Notes: generated by a model not told the origin, from the sequence alone. Shown: positions 48,392 to 59,078, counted from the first letter of the stretch. The stretch: 64,000 nt of DNA from Clostridia bacterium (GCA_017620655.1 JAGAUT010000079.1:3635-67634); one strand, 5' to 3'. Translations and numbers: made by a program.

Positions 48392-50332
48392 TTATGAAAA
48401 AAACTTATGATAGTAATAAATCGGCACCGCACTCCAACCGTGGCAGAGCGAGCCTGCACTTGCAAAGGCACTTTCGCCTTCTTTTGTTTCCCAGACGGTT
48501 GTAGAGTCTGCATCAAGCATCACCTTATATGTATCTCTGATTTCCGAGAGAACATTTTCCCTGTATTTTTCATCCGTCATAAGAAGTGCGTCATACTTAA
48601 AGCCCTTCATACTGAGAGAACACTCAGAAAGAGTATTTGACGAGAGTTTTTCACATATACTCTTCGCTCTTTCACCCTCAGCAATACCTGCACAAACACA
48701 AAGGCTGTTTACAAGCTCTGTCGGGTCTTCTTCGGGAGAAGTAACAAAATACAGTCCCTTTTCGCCGTCAAAGAAGGTTTCATTGACTCTTGTCTTTATT
48801 TCATCCTTAATGCCGTCAAAAGGATTAGCCCTGCCAAGCTTTTTGCATATTTCCTCAAAGGCACAAAGTGCAATTACTGCAATGGCATTCACAAGACAGT
48901 TGGAAGACAGCACATCTTTATTGAACATTTCCTTAGAACCGTTCGTTCCGTATCTTGAGCCGTCGGCATAGTCCGACCAGTCGTAGAAATTCCAGCGGCT
49001 GTCGCCGTCAAAGTTACAGATAAGTCCGTCTTTTCTGTTATCCATAAAGGTATTCAAGGTCTTTACCATTTTGTCGAATACTTCTTGTGCGAGTGTTATA
49101 TCGCCGCTGTGCTGTGTGTATTCCTTAACGGCAAGCACATAATAGAGGCAGAAGGACGGTATCGTCAAATCCCTCTTACTGGGGAAGCATATCGACATGA
49201 GTCCGTCTTCCCTGTTGTCCTTGCTCATAAGAAGAAGATTTGCTCTTGCATATTCAAAGTTACCGTCGGCATATGCGTAGTAGCCCGTCAACATCTGATT
49301 TCTGGAATCGAAAGCATAAAGGCACTGCTCACGCCAGGGGCAGTCAACATAATGCTCAAGCATTGAAAGTTTTAAGGTGTTAAGGCAGATTTTATATATA
49401 TCCTTATCAAGTTCCGAAAGGAAATCGTACTTTGCCGCATTTGTGGGATATACCTGCGGTAAAATACCGATATAATCCACATCTATCTCATCCTCACACT
49501 CGATTTCTATGTATCTGCAAGCGAGTCTTAGCATATGGTTTGTAAATACATTTTCGCCTTTTTTTGTCTTGTAATCAAAGCGGAAATTTCTGAATCCGAT
49601 TGTCTTTTTAACGTGTCCGTCTTTGAGAAGCTCGCCATAGAAGACTCTGATTGTCTGTTCTGTTTTGCTGTTAATCGAGAAATTGCAAAAGCCCACATAT
49701 TCTTCACCGAGGTCGAAAATGTAGTTTTTCTTTTCGCCATGGGGTTTGCCCTGTCTTAAAGCCTCAACAATCTGAGCCTTTATTGGACGTTTAACAAAAT
49801 TACATTCCTTTTCGAGTACAACGGATTTTCCAAAGCCGTCACCGCCGCCTACAAGCCATTCGTCCTCTTTTGTCGCATCATAAGAGAAGGAATAGCCGAG
49901 CTGGGAGGAGATTTCCACATCAAAGCCGGAAAGGTATACACGGCTCTGTCTTGATGGAGTATTTTCATCAGAAACAGCAATTATTTTACCGTCATTCTCG
50001 ATTTCATAGATAAGTCCGGCTTCGGGTGTGTTCCAGCGCATACCGGATTTCGACCAGTAAACACAGAGGAAGCATATATAATTTTCACCGTTTTTCAGAA
50101 ATGAGGTAATATCAATATTCTCATATGCCTTATAATGCTCAAAATCGGCATATTGAATACTGCTTACATATTCGCCGTTAACAAAAAGCGTATATTCGCC
50201 GCTGACAGAGAACTTTACGTTCACTTTACCGCCGTTGTAATCAATTTTCTGACAAAATTCAGCATAATTGTTTATGCCGTATTCCTTGGATGTCCAAATC
50301 CATTTTGAGTTTGAAAACACGTTGTTACACAT
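48392..50332 (-). CDS. Alpha-L-rhamnosidase family (GH78)
   Basis: FDLGEE, YVDCPWREQ, TTVWE, SLCHGWS. Confidence 0.85.
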   Translation of the reverse strand: MCNNVFSNSKWIWTSKEYGINNYAEFCQKIDYNGGKVNVKFSVSGEYTLFVNGEYVSSIQYADFEHYKAYENIDITSFLKNGENYICFLCVYWSKSGMRWNTPEAGLIYEIENDGKIIAVSDENTPSRQSRVYLSGFDVEISSQLGYSFSYDATKEDEWLVGGGDGFGKSVVLEKECNFVKRPIKAQIVEALRQGKPHGEKKNYIFDLGEEYVGFCNFSINSKTEQTIRVFYGELLKDGHVKKTIGFRNFRFDYKTKKGENVFTNHMLRLACRYIEIECEDEIDVDYIGILPQVYPTNAAKYDFLSELDKDIYKICLNTLKLSMLEHYVDCPWREQCLYAFDSRNQMLTGYYAYADGNFEYARANLLLMSKDNREDGLMSICFPSKRDLTIPSFCLYYVLAVKEYTQHSGDITLAQEVFDKMVKTLNTFMDNRKDGLICNFDGDSRWNFYDWSDYADGSRYGTNGSKEMFNKDVLSSNCLVNAIAVIALCAFEEICKKLGRANPFDGIKDEIKTRVNETFFDGEKGLYFVTSPEEDPTELVNSLCVCAGIAEGERAKSICEKLSSNTLSECSLSMKGFKYDALLMTDEKYRENVLSEIRDTYKVMLDADSTTVWETKEGESAFASAGSLCHGWSAVPIYYYHKFFS

Positions 50333-50333
50333 T

Positions 50334-51077
50334 TCAGTTATTCCTTTCAGGTATATAATCTATATTTGCTTTTCTCGCCTGTAGTCCTTGTTTAGGTTTG
50401 GGCACTCTGTACAGTCGTCCGTCTTTTACGAACTTTGCACCCGTCTGTTTAAAGTGAAATCCGACGCCTGCATTTACGCACTGCTGTCTCAAATCAAGTA
50501 CCCATTCATATTTACAGATTCTTGCCTCAAGACCCGATTCTCCGCCTGCAACAACCTCGTCAATGCCTTTGTCGAGGTATGCAGAAAGGTCTATCTTTTC
50601 TAAAAGAGGCTCGCAGATTATTATACGTTCTTTAAGCGGTATTGACAGATATATTGGAAGCCTGTAGTCTGCCCTGTCCTGATTTTCACACGTTACCGCC
50701 ATTGTGACATGACCGAAAATTTCCTGCCAGTCATCGGGAACACATTCATAAAAGCGGTCAACGCGTTTAGTGATAAAAAAGAAGTTACAGTCGCATCTTT
50801 CACGCATTATCTGCCACACATCATCTCTCCACTCGTCAGCTTCTTTAAGGAAAAAGTCGGAGGTAAAGCAGGTATAAAAGGTTGTACCCGACGGGTATTT
50901 ATATTCGCCTTTTCTGTTTTTTGCTATGGGGAGATTAAAGGTTGAAGCATTCTTTTTTATCTCACTTGCATCCTTGTCATTACGTGAGTCGATTCTGTAA
51001 ACGTAGCAGTTGCGACAGCCCTCGCTGTGCTTTTTACAGCCGTGCCACATATTCCATGTTACGTCCATTTTGCTCAC
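50334..51077 (-). CDS. DUF5131 (Gp37/Gp68-like, three-Cys radical-SAM-related) protein
   Basis: WNMWHGCKKHSEGCRNCY, SDFF, TKR, CEPLL, GGESG, FKQTG. Confidence 0.85.
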   Translation of the reverse strand: MSKMDVTWNMWHGCKKHSEGCRNCYVYRIDSRNDKDASEIKKNASTFNLPIAKNRKGEYKYPSGTTFYTCFTSDFFLKEADEWRDDVWQIMRERCDCNFFFITKRVDRFYECVPDDWQEIFGHVTMAVTCENQDRADYRLPIYLSIPLKERIIICEPLLEKIDLSAYLDKGIDEVVAGGESGLEARICKYEWVLDLRQQCVNAGVGFHFKQTGAKFVKDGRLYRVPKPKQGLQARKANIDYIPERNN

Positions 51078-51116
51078 CTCGTTTTATTATACAACACATG
51101 TTTTGTAAAGTCAAAC

Positions 51117-51145
51117 AAAAAACACCCTTTCCGGGGGTGTTTTTC
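51117..51145 (-). terminator. Terminator after MATE gene
   Basis: AAAAACACCCT-TTCC-GGGGGTGTTTTT. Confidence 0.7.
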
Positions 51146-51164
51146 ACAATTTAATTAAAATTAA

Positions 51165-52580
51165 TCAGATGCCGACCTGTCTTCTGAGCCACTTGCCCCT
51201 TGCCAGTATCACAAGATAGATTATTCCTCTGAAGCAAAGCTCAAGTGCCATTGCAATCCATACACCGTAAAGACCCAAATGCGGTACAAGTAAAAGTGAA
51301 AGGGTTATTCTCACACCCCACATACTCACAAGGTTGAGTATTCCCGGCACAAGTGTGTCGCCTGCTCCGCGAAGCGCACCCGTGCATACGATAGATGCAG
51401 CATACAGAGGTTCTGCAAAGGCTTCGATTTTAAGAATATCCGCACCGAGAGAGCGAACAAGAACATCGCTTGACAAAAGCGAAAACATAAATTCTGCACC
51501 GAAAAACATTAAAAATCCCATAAACGTCATCACAGAAACGCCGAGAAGAACGGCACACCAGGAAAAACGCTTTGCAATATCCCGCCTTTCTGCACCTATG
51601 CTTTGTCCGACAATAGTGGTAGACGCCGAGCCTATGCCGTAGCCGGGCATATAGCAAAAGCTCTCGGCAGTAACAGCAAGGGAATGTGCCGCAACCGAAA
51701 CAGTACCAAGCGGTGCAATAATAAGGGTTGAACAGATATATCCCGTACACATAATGGCGTGTTCAAAGGCTGACGGTACTGAAATTCTGAGTGCCGCCAG
51801 AAGGGTGTTTTTTCTGATTCTCCAGTTTCCGCCAAGACGAAAGGAAAGTTTATCGGATTTAAAAATGCACACAAGCATCATAAAAAGCATTGTGACATAA
51901 TCGGCAAGTGCCGTACCTATTGCCGCACCCATAACACCGAGACCTGCACCAAAAACTGCAAGTTCAAAACCGAAAAGTGTTATTTTTCTTGTGGGATAGA
52001 TAAAGAAGAAATTAAAAACAACATCAAGAAAACACATCATTATATTGAGAAAACTGGGTGTTTTCATATCGCCGCTGCACTGAAGCGAGCTTGAAAAGAG
52101 CATTCTCATCTGGGGCGAAGGAAGCGACAGGGCATATACAAAGAAATACCTTGAAGCATCCCGTTTTATCTCCGGCTCACCGCCAAGCCACGTTGGAAGA
52201 TTCGGACTTATGCAAAGTGCAACAGCACATATAAGTAATCCAAAGGACAGACAAAGCAAGATTCCCTGTCTGAATGTACTTCTGGCATCGTCATCTCGTC
52301 CTGCACCCACAAGCTGTGCAATCTGCACGGAAAAGCCCATTGCAAGCGATGAGCAAAGTCCCGAAAGCAACCATGTTGTTGTGCTGACAAGACCGATTGA
52401 AGCCGAGGCATCAGCACCGATGTTGCCCACCATTGCCGCATCTATATACTGCATTACGACGGAGGTGAGCTGAGCAAGAATTGCAGGAACACTCAGCATT
52501 ACCACCGTCGTCAGCATTTGTTTTACTGTCGGCTTTCCCATTGCCGAAAAATTCAGATAATTTGTTTTACTCAACGCCAT
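51165..52580 (-). CDS. MATE family efflux transporter
   Basis: 12 TM; YIDAAMVG, GDMKTP, LGVMGAAIGT, LRGAGDT. Confidence 0.9.
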   Translation of the reverse strand: MALSKTNYLNFSAMGKPTVKQMLTTVVMLSVPAILAQLTSVVMQYIDAAMVGNIGADASASIGLVSTTTWLLSGLCSSLAMGFSVQIAQLVGAGRDDDARSTFRQGILLCLSFGLLICAVALCISPNLPTWLGGEPEIKRDASRYFFVYALSLPSPQMRMLFSSSLQCSGDMKTPSFLNIMMCFLDVVFNFFFIYPTRKITLFGFELAVFGAGLGVMGAAIGTALADYVTMLFMMLVCIFKSDKLSFRLGGNWRIRKNTLLAALRISVPSAFEHAIMCTGYICSTLIIAPLGTVSVAAHSLAVTAESFCYMPGYGIGSASTTIVGQSIGAERRDIAKRFSWCAVLLGVSVMTFMGFLMFFGAEFMFSLLSSDVLVRSLGADILKIEAFAEPLYAASIVCTGALRGAGDTLVPGILNLVSMWGVRITLSLLLVPHLGLYGVWIAMALELCFRGIIYLVILARGKWLRRQVGI

Positions 52581-52639
52581 ACCTTCTCTGAAAATATTAC
52601 AAGAGAAGTATAGCATCATTTGCGGCAAACGTCAATAAG

Positions 52640-52912
52640 TCAGCAGAGTTCTTTTTCGGGCATTTTTATTCGTTTTGCCGTTCTGATTACACCGGTAACT
52701 CTTGTTCTTTTGGTAATACGGCGGCGCCTTGTTCTTGTGAGGTACGCATTATAGTGCATGAGTGCACTTGTGCCGAAAAGAACTACGAGCATACCGCACA
52801 TTTCAAGAACAAGGAGATTTACAAAGCTCATGCCAAAAACATCCGCACTGCCTGCAGCACCTACCATGAGTATAAATCCCAAAAGAATAATCATACCTAA
52901 AAGCTTTTTCAT
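52640..52912 (-). CDS. Small two-TM membrane protein with basic tail
   Basis: AAGGAG RBS; two hydrophobic helices, Arg-rich C-terminus. Confidence 0.7.
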   Translation of the reverse strand: MKKLLGMIILLGFILMVGAAGSADVFGMSFVNLLVLEMCGMLVVLFGTSALMHYNAYLTRTRRRRITKRTRVTGVIRTAKRIKMPEKELC

Positions 52913-53023
52913 TTTTATGCACTCCTTTATGTAAAATTCGTTGTTTCTTTATCTTACGGTTTTATTATAAAGGAATGGGTGTCCAAAAAAACGGACTTTG
53001 GCGTGCTTTTTGTGAGTGATTAT

Positions 53024-53266
53024 AAAAAAGCAGGGCTTATGCCCTGCCGTGTATTGCTTTTATCTCAGTTACAGTACCCGGTCTCAGTACCGGTATCAGC
53101 CGTAATTGCATGCAATTGTAAAAACAAAAATCTCCGACGCCGTCATTTAATGTCGGAGATTAATTATTTACGCGGAGAATATATTCCGGCTACAGGCAAA
53201 ATCACCCGCGACACATCCTGTCGGCCGTCCCGACAAGACAAAAGCACCCTCGGATGAGAGTGCTTC
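53024..53266. other. Hairpin-dense intergenic region (terminators plus possible ncRNA)
   Basis: At least five stem-loops and a perfect palindrome AATTGCATGCAATT. Confidence 0.4.
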
Positions 53267-53284
53267 AAGATTAATCGTATCAAC

Positions 53285-53473
53285 TTAGATTGCTCTTGTA
53301 ACCTTGTTGGAACGGAGACATCTGGAACATACGTTAACTGTCTTATGAGTTCCGTTATCAACAACCTTTACCTTACGGATGTTGGGCTTAAAGGTTCTGT
53401 TTGTCTTTCTGTTGGAGTGAGATACGTTACAACCGAATGTAACACCCTTTCCACATACTTCGCACTTTGCCAT
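53285..53473 (-). CDS. rpmB: 50S ribosomal protein L28
   Basis: MAKCEVCGK...VSHSNRKTNRTFKPNI...VCSRCLRS. Confidence 0.96.
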   Translation of the reverse strand: MAKCEVCGKGVTFGCNVSHSNRKTNRTFKPNIRKVKVVDNGTHKTVNVCSRCLRSNKVTRAI

Positions 53474-53558
53474 TTATAACACCTCCATGTGATGTTCTCT
53501 TGTTTTTTAAACTATTTTAATAATGTTCGGGCAGTCTTTGCCCATTTGCAACAGTGGT

Positions 53559-53587
53559 ATTATAACACACTAAATTTTAAAATGCAA
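53559..53587 (-). promoter_or_regulatory. Sigma-A promoter of rpmB
   Basis: TTGCAT-17-TATAAT. Confidence 0.7.
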
Positions 53588-53653
53588 TAGGTAAATCGAA
53601 TTTTTTTTAAGTTTTTTCAATTTTTACATTTTTTATAAAACAAGCAGTCTTTT

Positions 53654-56116
53654 CTACTGTTTCTTTGACATTTTGGCAAAGTTGCCCATGATTTTCTTTG
53701 TACCCACCTTATCAAAAGCAACCTCGTACATAACGTCATTGCCCATAGGCTTTGCCGAAAGCACCATACCGTCACCGAAAATGGGATGTGAAACCGCCTG
53801 TCCTGCAGAGAAGGTTTCACCCTGAGGCTTGGGGGCTGAGAAGGACGAAGGCTTTGACACCGGTTTTGCATAAGAAGGTTGTTTATTCCAGGGTGCATCC
53901 TCGGAATTCACACGGCTTGTTCTTACTCCGTTCTTATTACCGTATGAGCCGTAAGAGGAATACTGATTGACAAACTCACGCTGAGTGTCTTCCATTCTGT
54001 CACCGTAGCTCATTTCGTATTCGCAATAGCTTTCGGGGATTTCGTCAACAAAGCGGCTTCTGCGGTTGAATTCGGTTCTGCCGTAAGTCATGCGGGAATT
54101 ACAGTGAAGTATAAACAGGCGTTTCTTTGCTCTGGTTATGGCAACATAAGCAAGGCGTCTTTCTTCCTCAAGCTCATCCTCGCTCATAATCGACTGAGTT
54201 CCGGGGAAAATGTTTTCTTCAAGACCGGGCAGGAATACAACGGGGAATTCGAGACCTTTGGATGAATGTATTGTCATCATGACAACGGCAGGTGCATCGG
54301 CATCGTAGTTATCGATATCGGCAATGAGGGCAACTTCTTCAAGGAAGCCTCCGAGTGTCGGTTCATCATTGCTTTCTTCATAAACAACGGCATTTGATAC
54401 AAGTTCCTTGACGTTTTCGCATCTGTCCTTGCCCTCCGCCTTATCAAGCTCCTTGAGCATTTCCATGTAGCCTGTTTTTTCAATTACCTTTTCAACAACC
54501 GAGCCGAGTGTTAAAAGCCCTACGCTTGACTTTAAATCTTCAATCAGCTGTGAGAAGAGAACAAGCTTTGCCGCACTTCTTGAAAGTGACGGGTAGCGTT
54601 CCGCGTTCTTACAGATTGACAGCATGTCGGTTTCAAACTCAACCGAAAGTCTGTCGATTTCATCAACCGTAGCATCACCGATGCCACGTTTCGGGGTATT
54701 GATAATTCTCTTGAATCTCACCTTGTCATTGGCATTTGTCATGACGCAGAGATAGGCAACAATATCCTTGATTTCTTTTCTGTCGTAGAATCGTGTACCG
54801 CCGAGAATTCTATATGGTATACCGCTTTTTGCAAATACCGTTTCAAGGCTGTTTGACTGGGCATTCATACGGTAAAGTATTGCAAAGTCGCCGAAGTTAT
54901 ATTTACCGTCTTTTACCATTTCGCCGATTTTATCAACGATATACTGTGCCTCGGCGTTCTGGGTTTCGCACTTTTTGACAGTAATCTTGTCGCCGCCTGC
55001 CTCTTTTGTCCAAAGGGTCTTACCCTTTCTGCCTGCGTTGTGTTTGATTACCTCATTTGCCGCACCTATAATCATGTCGGTACTTCGATAGTTCTGTTCC
55101 AGCTTTACAACACGGGTATTCTTGAAGTTCTTATCAAAGGACAGGATATTTTCGATTGTAGCACCTCTGAATTTATAGATACTCTGGTCATCGTCGCCTA
55201 CTACCATAATATTATAATCATCGTTACAGAGCATTCTTGTCAGTTCAAACTGTGCCTTATTTGTATCCTGATATTCATCGACAAGTATGTATTTGAACCT
55301 GTTTCTATACTTTTCAAGTATATCGGGACAAGTTTTGAAAAGCTCTACCGTAAGGGTGATAATGTCGTCAAAGTCAACAGCGTTGGCGCTTCTCTTTTTA
55401 TCTTCATACAGTTTATAAAGCTGTACAATTGTCGTTTTCCTGATATCGCCCTGCTTTACGTCTGCCATATAGCCTTTCCAGTCGATAAGCTTTTCTTTGG
55501 CACGTGAAACTTCCGAAAGCACAAGCTTTGCAGGGAACATTTTATCGCTGACATTGGCTTCCTTGATACATTCGGTCATGAGCTTTTTCTGGTCATCGGT
55601 ATCGTAGATGGTAAAATCCCTGTTTCTGCCGATAAGCTCTATATGCATACGAAGAAGCTTTGCACAGACGGAATGGAAGGTGCCTGCCCAGATATTAAGT
55701 GCATCATCGCCAAGGCTCTTTTCAAGTCTTTCCTTCATTTCCCTTGCCGCTTTATTGGTAAAGGTGATTGACAGGATTTCATAAGGACTTGCCTTATCAA
55801 TGGCAAAGGTGTTAAGAGCATTCTCAAGCTGGGTTTTATCGGGATTTTCCGCTGAAGCTATCTTCTCAAGCATTGCAATATACGGCTCAAAAAGGTTCTT
55901 TTCGGGTATATTCTTTTCGTCCATACATCTGCCGTACTTGATAAGGTGGGCAATTCTCTGTACAAGCACCGTAGTCTTACCGCTTCCTGCACCTGCAAGC
56001 ACAAGTAAAGGTCCGTCGGATGCATATACTGCCTCACGCTGTTTATCGTTAAGACGGCTGTAGTATTTATCAAAAAGTTTTTTTCTGACGTTTATATATC
56101 TTTCAAGTAGTGTCAC
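53654..56116 (-). CDS. pcrA: ATP-dependent DNA helicase PcrA/UvrD
   Basis: LAGAGSGKT, TFTNKAA, VDEYQD, GDDDQSIY, LEQNYRS, TIHSSKGLEF, YVAITRA, C-terminal Tudor-like domain; GTG 56116 with AGGAGA RBS. Confidence 0.95.
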   Translation of the reverse strand: MTLLERYINVRKKLFDKYYSRLNDKQREAVYASDGPLLVLAGAGSGKTTVLVQRIAHLIKYGRCMDEKNIPEKNLFEPYIAMLEKIASAENPDKTQLENALNTFAIDKASPYEILSITFTNKAAREMKERLEKSLGDDALNIWAGTFHSVCAKLLRMHIELIGRNRDFTIYDTDDQKKLMTECIKEANVSDKMFPAKLVLSEVSRAKEKLIDWKGYMADVKQGDIRKTTIVQLYKLYEDKKRSANAVDFDDIITLTVELFKTCPDILEKYRNRFKYILVDEYQDTNKAQFELTRMLCNDDYNIMVVGDDDQSIYKFRGATIENILSFDKNFKNTRVVKLEQNYRSTDMIIGAANEVIKHNAGRKGKTLWTKEAGGDKITVKKCETQNAEAQYIVDKIGEMVKDGKYNFGDFAILYRMNAQSNSLETVFAKSGIPYRILGGTRFYDRKEIKDIVAYLCVMTNANDKVRFKRIINTPKRGIGDATVDEIDRLSVEFETDMLSICKNAERYPSLSRSAAKLVLFSQLIEDLKSSVGLLTLGSVVEKVIEKTGYMEMLKELDKAEGKDRCENVKELVSNAVVYEESNDEPTLGGFLEEVALIADIDNYDADAPAVVMMTIHSSKGLEFPVVFLPGLEENIFPGTQSIMSEDELEEERRLAYVAITRAKKRLFILHCNSRMTYGRTEFNRRSRFVDEIPESYCEYEMSYGDRMEDTQREFVNQYSSYGSYGNKNGVRTSRVNSEDAPWNKQPSYAKPVSKPSSFSAPKPQGETFSAGQAVSHPIFGDGMVLSAKPMGNDVMYEVAFDKVGTKKIMGNFAKMSKKQ

Positions 56117-56196
56117 GTTATTTCTCCTTAAAATGGGGTGGATAATTATTATAGCACAGAAGCAAGACAAAATCAACGGCTTTTTGAATAATTGTA

Positions 56197-56225
56197 TTGA
56201 CAAAAAATGCGGTGTGATATAAAAT
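56197..56225 (+). promoter_or_regulatory. Sigma-A promoter of GH116-like/queA operon
   Basis: TTGACA-17-TAAAAT. Confidence 0.7.
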
Positions 56226-56279
56226 GTTATGATAGGAAAATTATAAAACTCGGCGCTATTTTCGGAGGAAAACTTATAC

Positions 56280-58001
56280 ATGGCAAAAAATCTCTACAAG
56301 GCAAAATTTGAAGACAATCTGCCCCTCGGCGGCATCGCAACGGGGCATATAACCTTAGGCTGTGATGGAAGCATTACAGCTCAGGCACCCACCTTTTTCG
56401 CAATAAAAGCAGAAAAGGGCGGTGAGCTTCTTGATGCAAGAATTTTACAAAGCTCACAGAGTGAGGCTGTAATTCTCCCCTGCTTTGAGAATGCTTCCGC
56501 GGCTTCATTTTTCCCCTTTACAGAGATTTGTTTCTCGGGCTCCTCCTTTCCCTTTGATGTAAAAATGACAGCTTTCTCCCCCTTCATTCCTTTGAGCGAC
56601 ACAGACTCCGGAATACCCGCCGTTCTTTTTGAGCTTGAAGTGACGAACAAGGAGGACTCAAGAGTTGACTGCTCAGTGTGTCTTGTATCCGCAAACGTCA
56701 ACCGTGACGGCATCAACCGCATGGGCTGTACCGACACGGGAGAGGCATACATTCATCTTTCGGGAAACGGAAAGGATGCTCCAAACACCTGCATTGCCAC
56801 CGGCGGCAAGAATGTCTCCTTTTGCGAATACACCTGCGCCGACGCTTTTATAAAGAACTTCACGGAAAATGAAACGCTTTACAACACAACAAAGTCAGAA
56901 TATTCTTTCCCCTTTGCGAGCGGTGCATTATGCACCCACTTCTCACTCGGCAAAGGCGAGGTAAAAAGAGTAAGTTTCTGTCTTTCGTGGTACAGTCCGG
57001 AAAATGAATTCTCAAGAAACTACTACGCCCAGTATTTCGAGTCCGGTCTTGAATGTGCGTCCTACGTCTTCAGACAAAAGGAAAGACTTCACGGAGCAAG
57101 CACGGAGTTTTGCCAAAACATACTCGGTGCAACACTCCCCGAAAATGTTCTTGAAGAAGTCAACAAAGACCTCTTTTCATTTACGGGAAAAGGCTATATC
57201 CGTCTTGACGACGGATGTCTCATGTCGGGAGAAAGAATACGCTTTTCCGACACAGACAGCTTTATCTGCCGTTCTGACATTTTGGCAAGCATGTTTCCCG
57301 ATCTTTCATATTCCGAGACAGAAAGTTTTTACAAATCGGGCATGTTTGACTCGGCAGGCGATGAGGACATGCTGACACACATTCTCGCAAGCTACAGAAA
57401 ATACATTCTTTGCGGCGACAACGATTCGCTTATTGAAGACTGGTACTACATTTCAAAATGCATGGAAAAGGTATTTGGCGAAGACGGAAATATAAAATCC
57501 AAAGCAGACGGAAAGTTATTGACTTGTGCAATCGGAGCTGCTGTCGAAATGTCAGATGCCGTAAAAGACAAAAAAAGGCATGAGCTATATTCGTCAATGC
57601 TTGATAACATGCCGCCTTGCCAGACTTCAATGGATATCGCAGAAGGCTATGCAAAAATCAATGAAATCTCACGCTTTGAGTACAACGCTGTTTCAAAGCA
57701 CATAGGCTTCAGCCCCGATTCCGATGCCTGTCCCCTTGATTTCGGAAACACCTTCAGATGCTTTTTCTGCACGCCCACCTGCTACGGCTATGTGGAAGAA
57801 GGCATTGACTACATTGAAATTAATCTTCTTCACGGTGTTCTTACCGTGCGAAGCTTCGGCGTTCCCAGAACACCGAGACTTGTTCAGTACGGGGGACGAA
57901 ACTGGAAATTCACAAATGAAAACCTTGTGGCGGTTCTCGATTCGGATTTGGAGATTACACCCCAGAAAAAGCTTACAATATTCATTGATATAAAACAGTA
58001 A
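56280..58001 (+). CDS. GH116-like protein (N-terminal domain recognisable; catalytic barrel appears shortened)
   Basis: LPLGGIATG, AFSPFIPL...SGIP, NYYAQYF, TLPE; only 573 aa. Confidence 0.65.
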   Translation: MAKNLYKAKFEDNLPLGGIATGHITLGCDGSITAQAPTFFAIKAEKGGELLDARILQSSQSEAVILPCFENASAASFFPFTEICFSGSSFPFDVKMTAFSPFIPLSDTDSGIPAVLFELEVTNKEDSRVDCSVCLVSANVNRDGINRMGCTDTGEAYIHLSGNGKDAPNTCIATGGKNVSFCEYTCADAFIKNFTENETLYNTTKSEYSFPFASGALCTHFSLGKGEVKRVSFCLSWYSPENEFSRNYYAQYFESGLECASYVFRQKERLHGASTEFCQNILGATLPENVLEEVNKDLFSFTGKGYIRLDDGCLMSGERIRFSDTDSFICRSDILASMFPDLSYSETESFYKSGMFDSAGDEDMLTHILASYRKYILCGDNDSLIEDWYYISKCMEKVFGEDGNIKSKADGKLLTCAIGAAVEMSDAVKDKKRHELYSSMLDNMPPCQTSMDIAEGYAKINEISRFEYNAVSKHIGFSPDSDACPLDFGNTFRCFFCTPTCYGYVEEGIDYIEINLLHGVLTVRSFGVPRTPRLVQYGGRNWKFTNENLVAVLDSDLEITPQKKLTIFIDIKQ

Positions 58002-58010
58002 GGAAAAATT

Positions 58011-59075
58011 ATGGAACTCAGGAAAAGCGATTACAATTATTATCTTCCGGAGGAGCTTATTGCACAGGTTCCCGCCGAGAAAAGAGATATGTCAAGATTA
58101 TTCATACTTGACAGAAGCAAAGAAGAATACGAGCACAGGCATTTCTGCGACATAAAGGATTACTTGAAAAAAGGAGACTGTCTTGTTCTCAACAATTCCA
58201 AAGTTATCCCTGCCCGTCTTTTCTGCAAAAGATACATTAAAGACGGCGAAGGCAACCTGACGGGAGCTTTAGGCGAAACTGAAATTGAGGTTTTACTCCT
58301 AAAGAGACTTGACGACACAAAGTGGGAGTGCATAGTACGTCCCGGCAAAAAGATGACGGTTGGTGTCAAGGTACATTTTTCTGATGAGCTTGAAGCAGAA
58401 GTAGTTGAAGTTTTACCCGACGGCAACAGAATCCTTGATTTTTCCTACGAAGGCGAATTTTATTCTGTTCTTGACAAGGTTGGCGAAATGCCGCTTCCTC
58501 CGTATATCACAAGCAGAGAAAGTGAAAGAGACAGATACCAAACGGTCTACGCAAAGCACGAAGGTTCAAGTGCTGCACCCACAGCAGGACTTCACTTTAC
58601 AGAGGAACTCTTAGAGGAAATAAAAAATATGGGCGTTGACATTGTTTATGTTACGCTTCATGTAGGTCTCGGAACATTCCGTCCCGTAAAAGAAGAAATA
58701 ATTACCAACCACAAAATGCACTCAGAGTATTACTTCATTTCCGAAGACAGTGCAAACCGCATTAACGAAACAAAAAAGAGAGGCGGCAGGGTTATCTGTG
58801 TCGGTACTACAAGCTGCCGGACAATCGAATCCGCGGCGGATGAAAGCGGATTTATCCACGCAGGAAGTGACAACACCGAGATTTTCATCTATCCCGGTGG
58901 AAGAAAAATAAGAGCCACCGACTGTCTTATAACAAACTTCCATCTTCCCGAAAGCACGCTGATTATGCTCGTTTCCGCTTTTGCAGGCAGAGAAAAGGTG
59001 CTTGATGCTTATCGGGTTGCGGTTGAGGAAAAGTATAGGTTCTTCTCTTTTGGGGATGCGATGCTCATCCTGTAG
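58011..59075 (+). CDS. queA: S-adenosylmethionine:tRNA ribosyltransferase-isomerase
   Basis: [60 protein letters not shown]. Confidence 0.97.
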   Translation: MELRKSDYNYYLPEELIAQVPAEKRDMSRLFILDRSKEEYEHRHFCDIKDYLKKGDCLVLNNSKVIPARLFCKRYIKDGEGNLTGALGETEIEVLLLKRLDDTKWECIVRPGKKMTVGVKVHFSDELEAEVVEVLPDGNRILDFSYEGEFYSVLDKVGEMPLPPYITSRESERDRYQTVYAKHEGSSAAPTAGLHFTEELLEEIKNMGVDIVYVTLHVGLGTFRPVKEEIITNHKMHSEYYFISEDSANRINETKKRGGRVICVGTTSCRTIESAADESGFIHAGSDNTEIFIYPGGRKIRATDCLITNFHLPESTLIMLVSAFAGREKVLDAYRVAVEEKYRFFSFGDAMLIL

Positions 59076-59078
59076 GTA

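Noticed and set aside
50334-51077. Prophage, based on the Gp37/Gp68-like gene or the XRE gene
   Set aside because: No integrase, structural or replication phage genes nearby
52979-53257. 92-aa plus-strand ORF
   Set aside because: No RBS, crosses multiple hairpins, no recognisable protein features
56117-56281. N-terminal extension of pcrA in the ORF track
   Set aside because: Overlaps the divergent promoters; the RBS supports GTG at 56116
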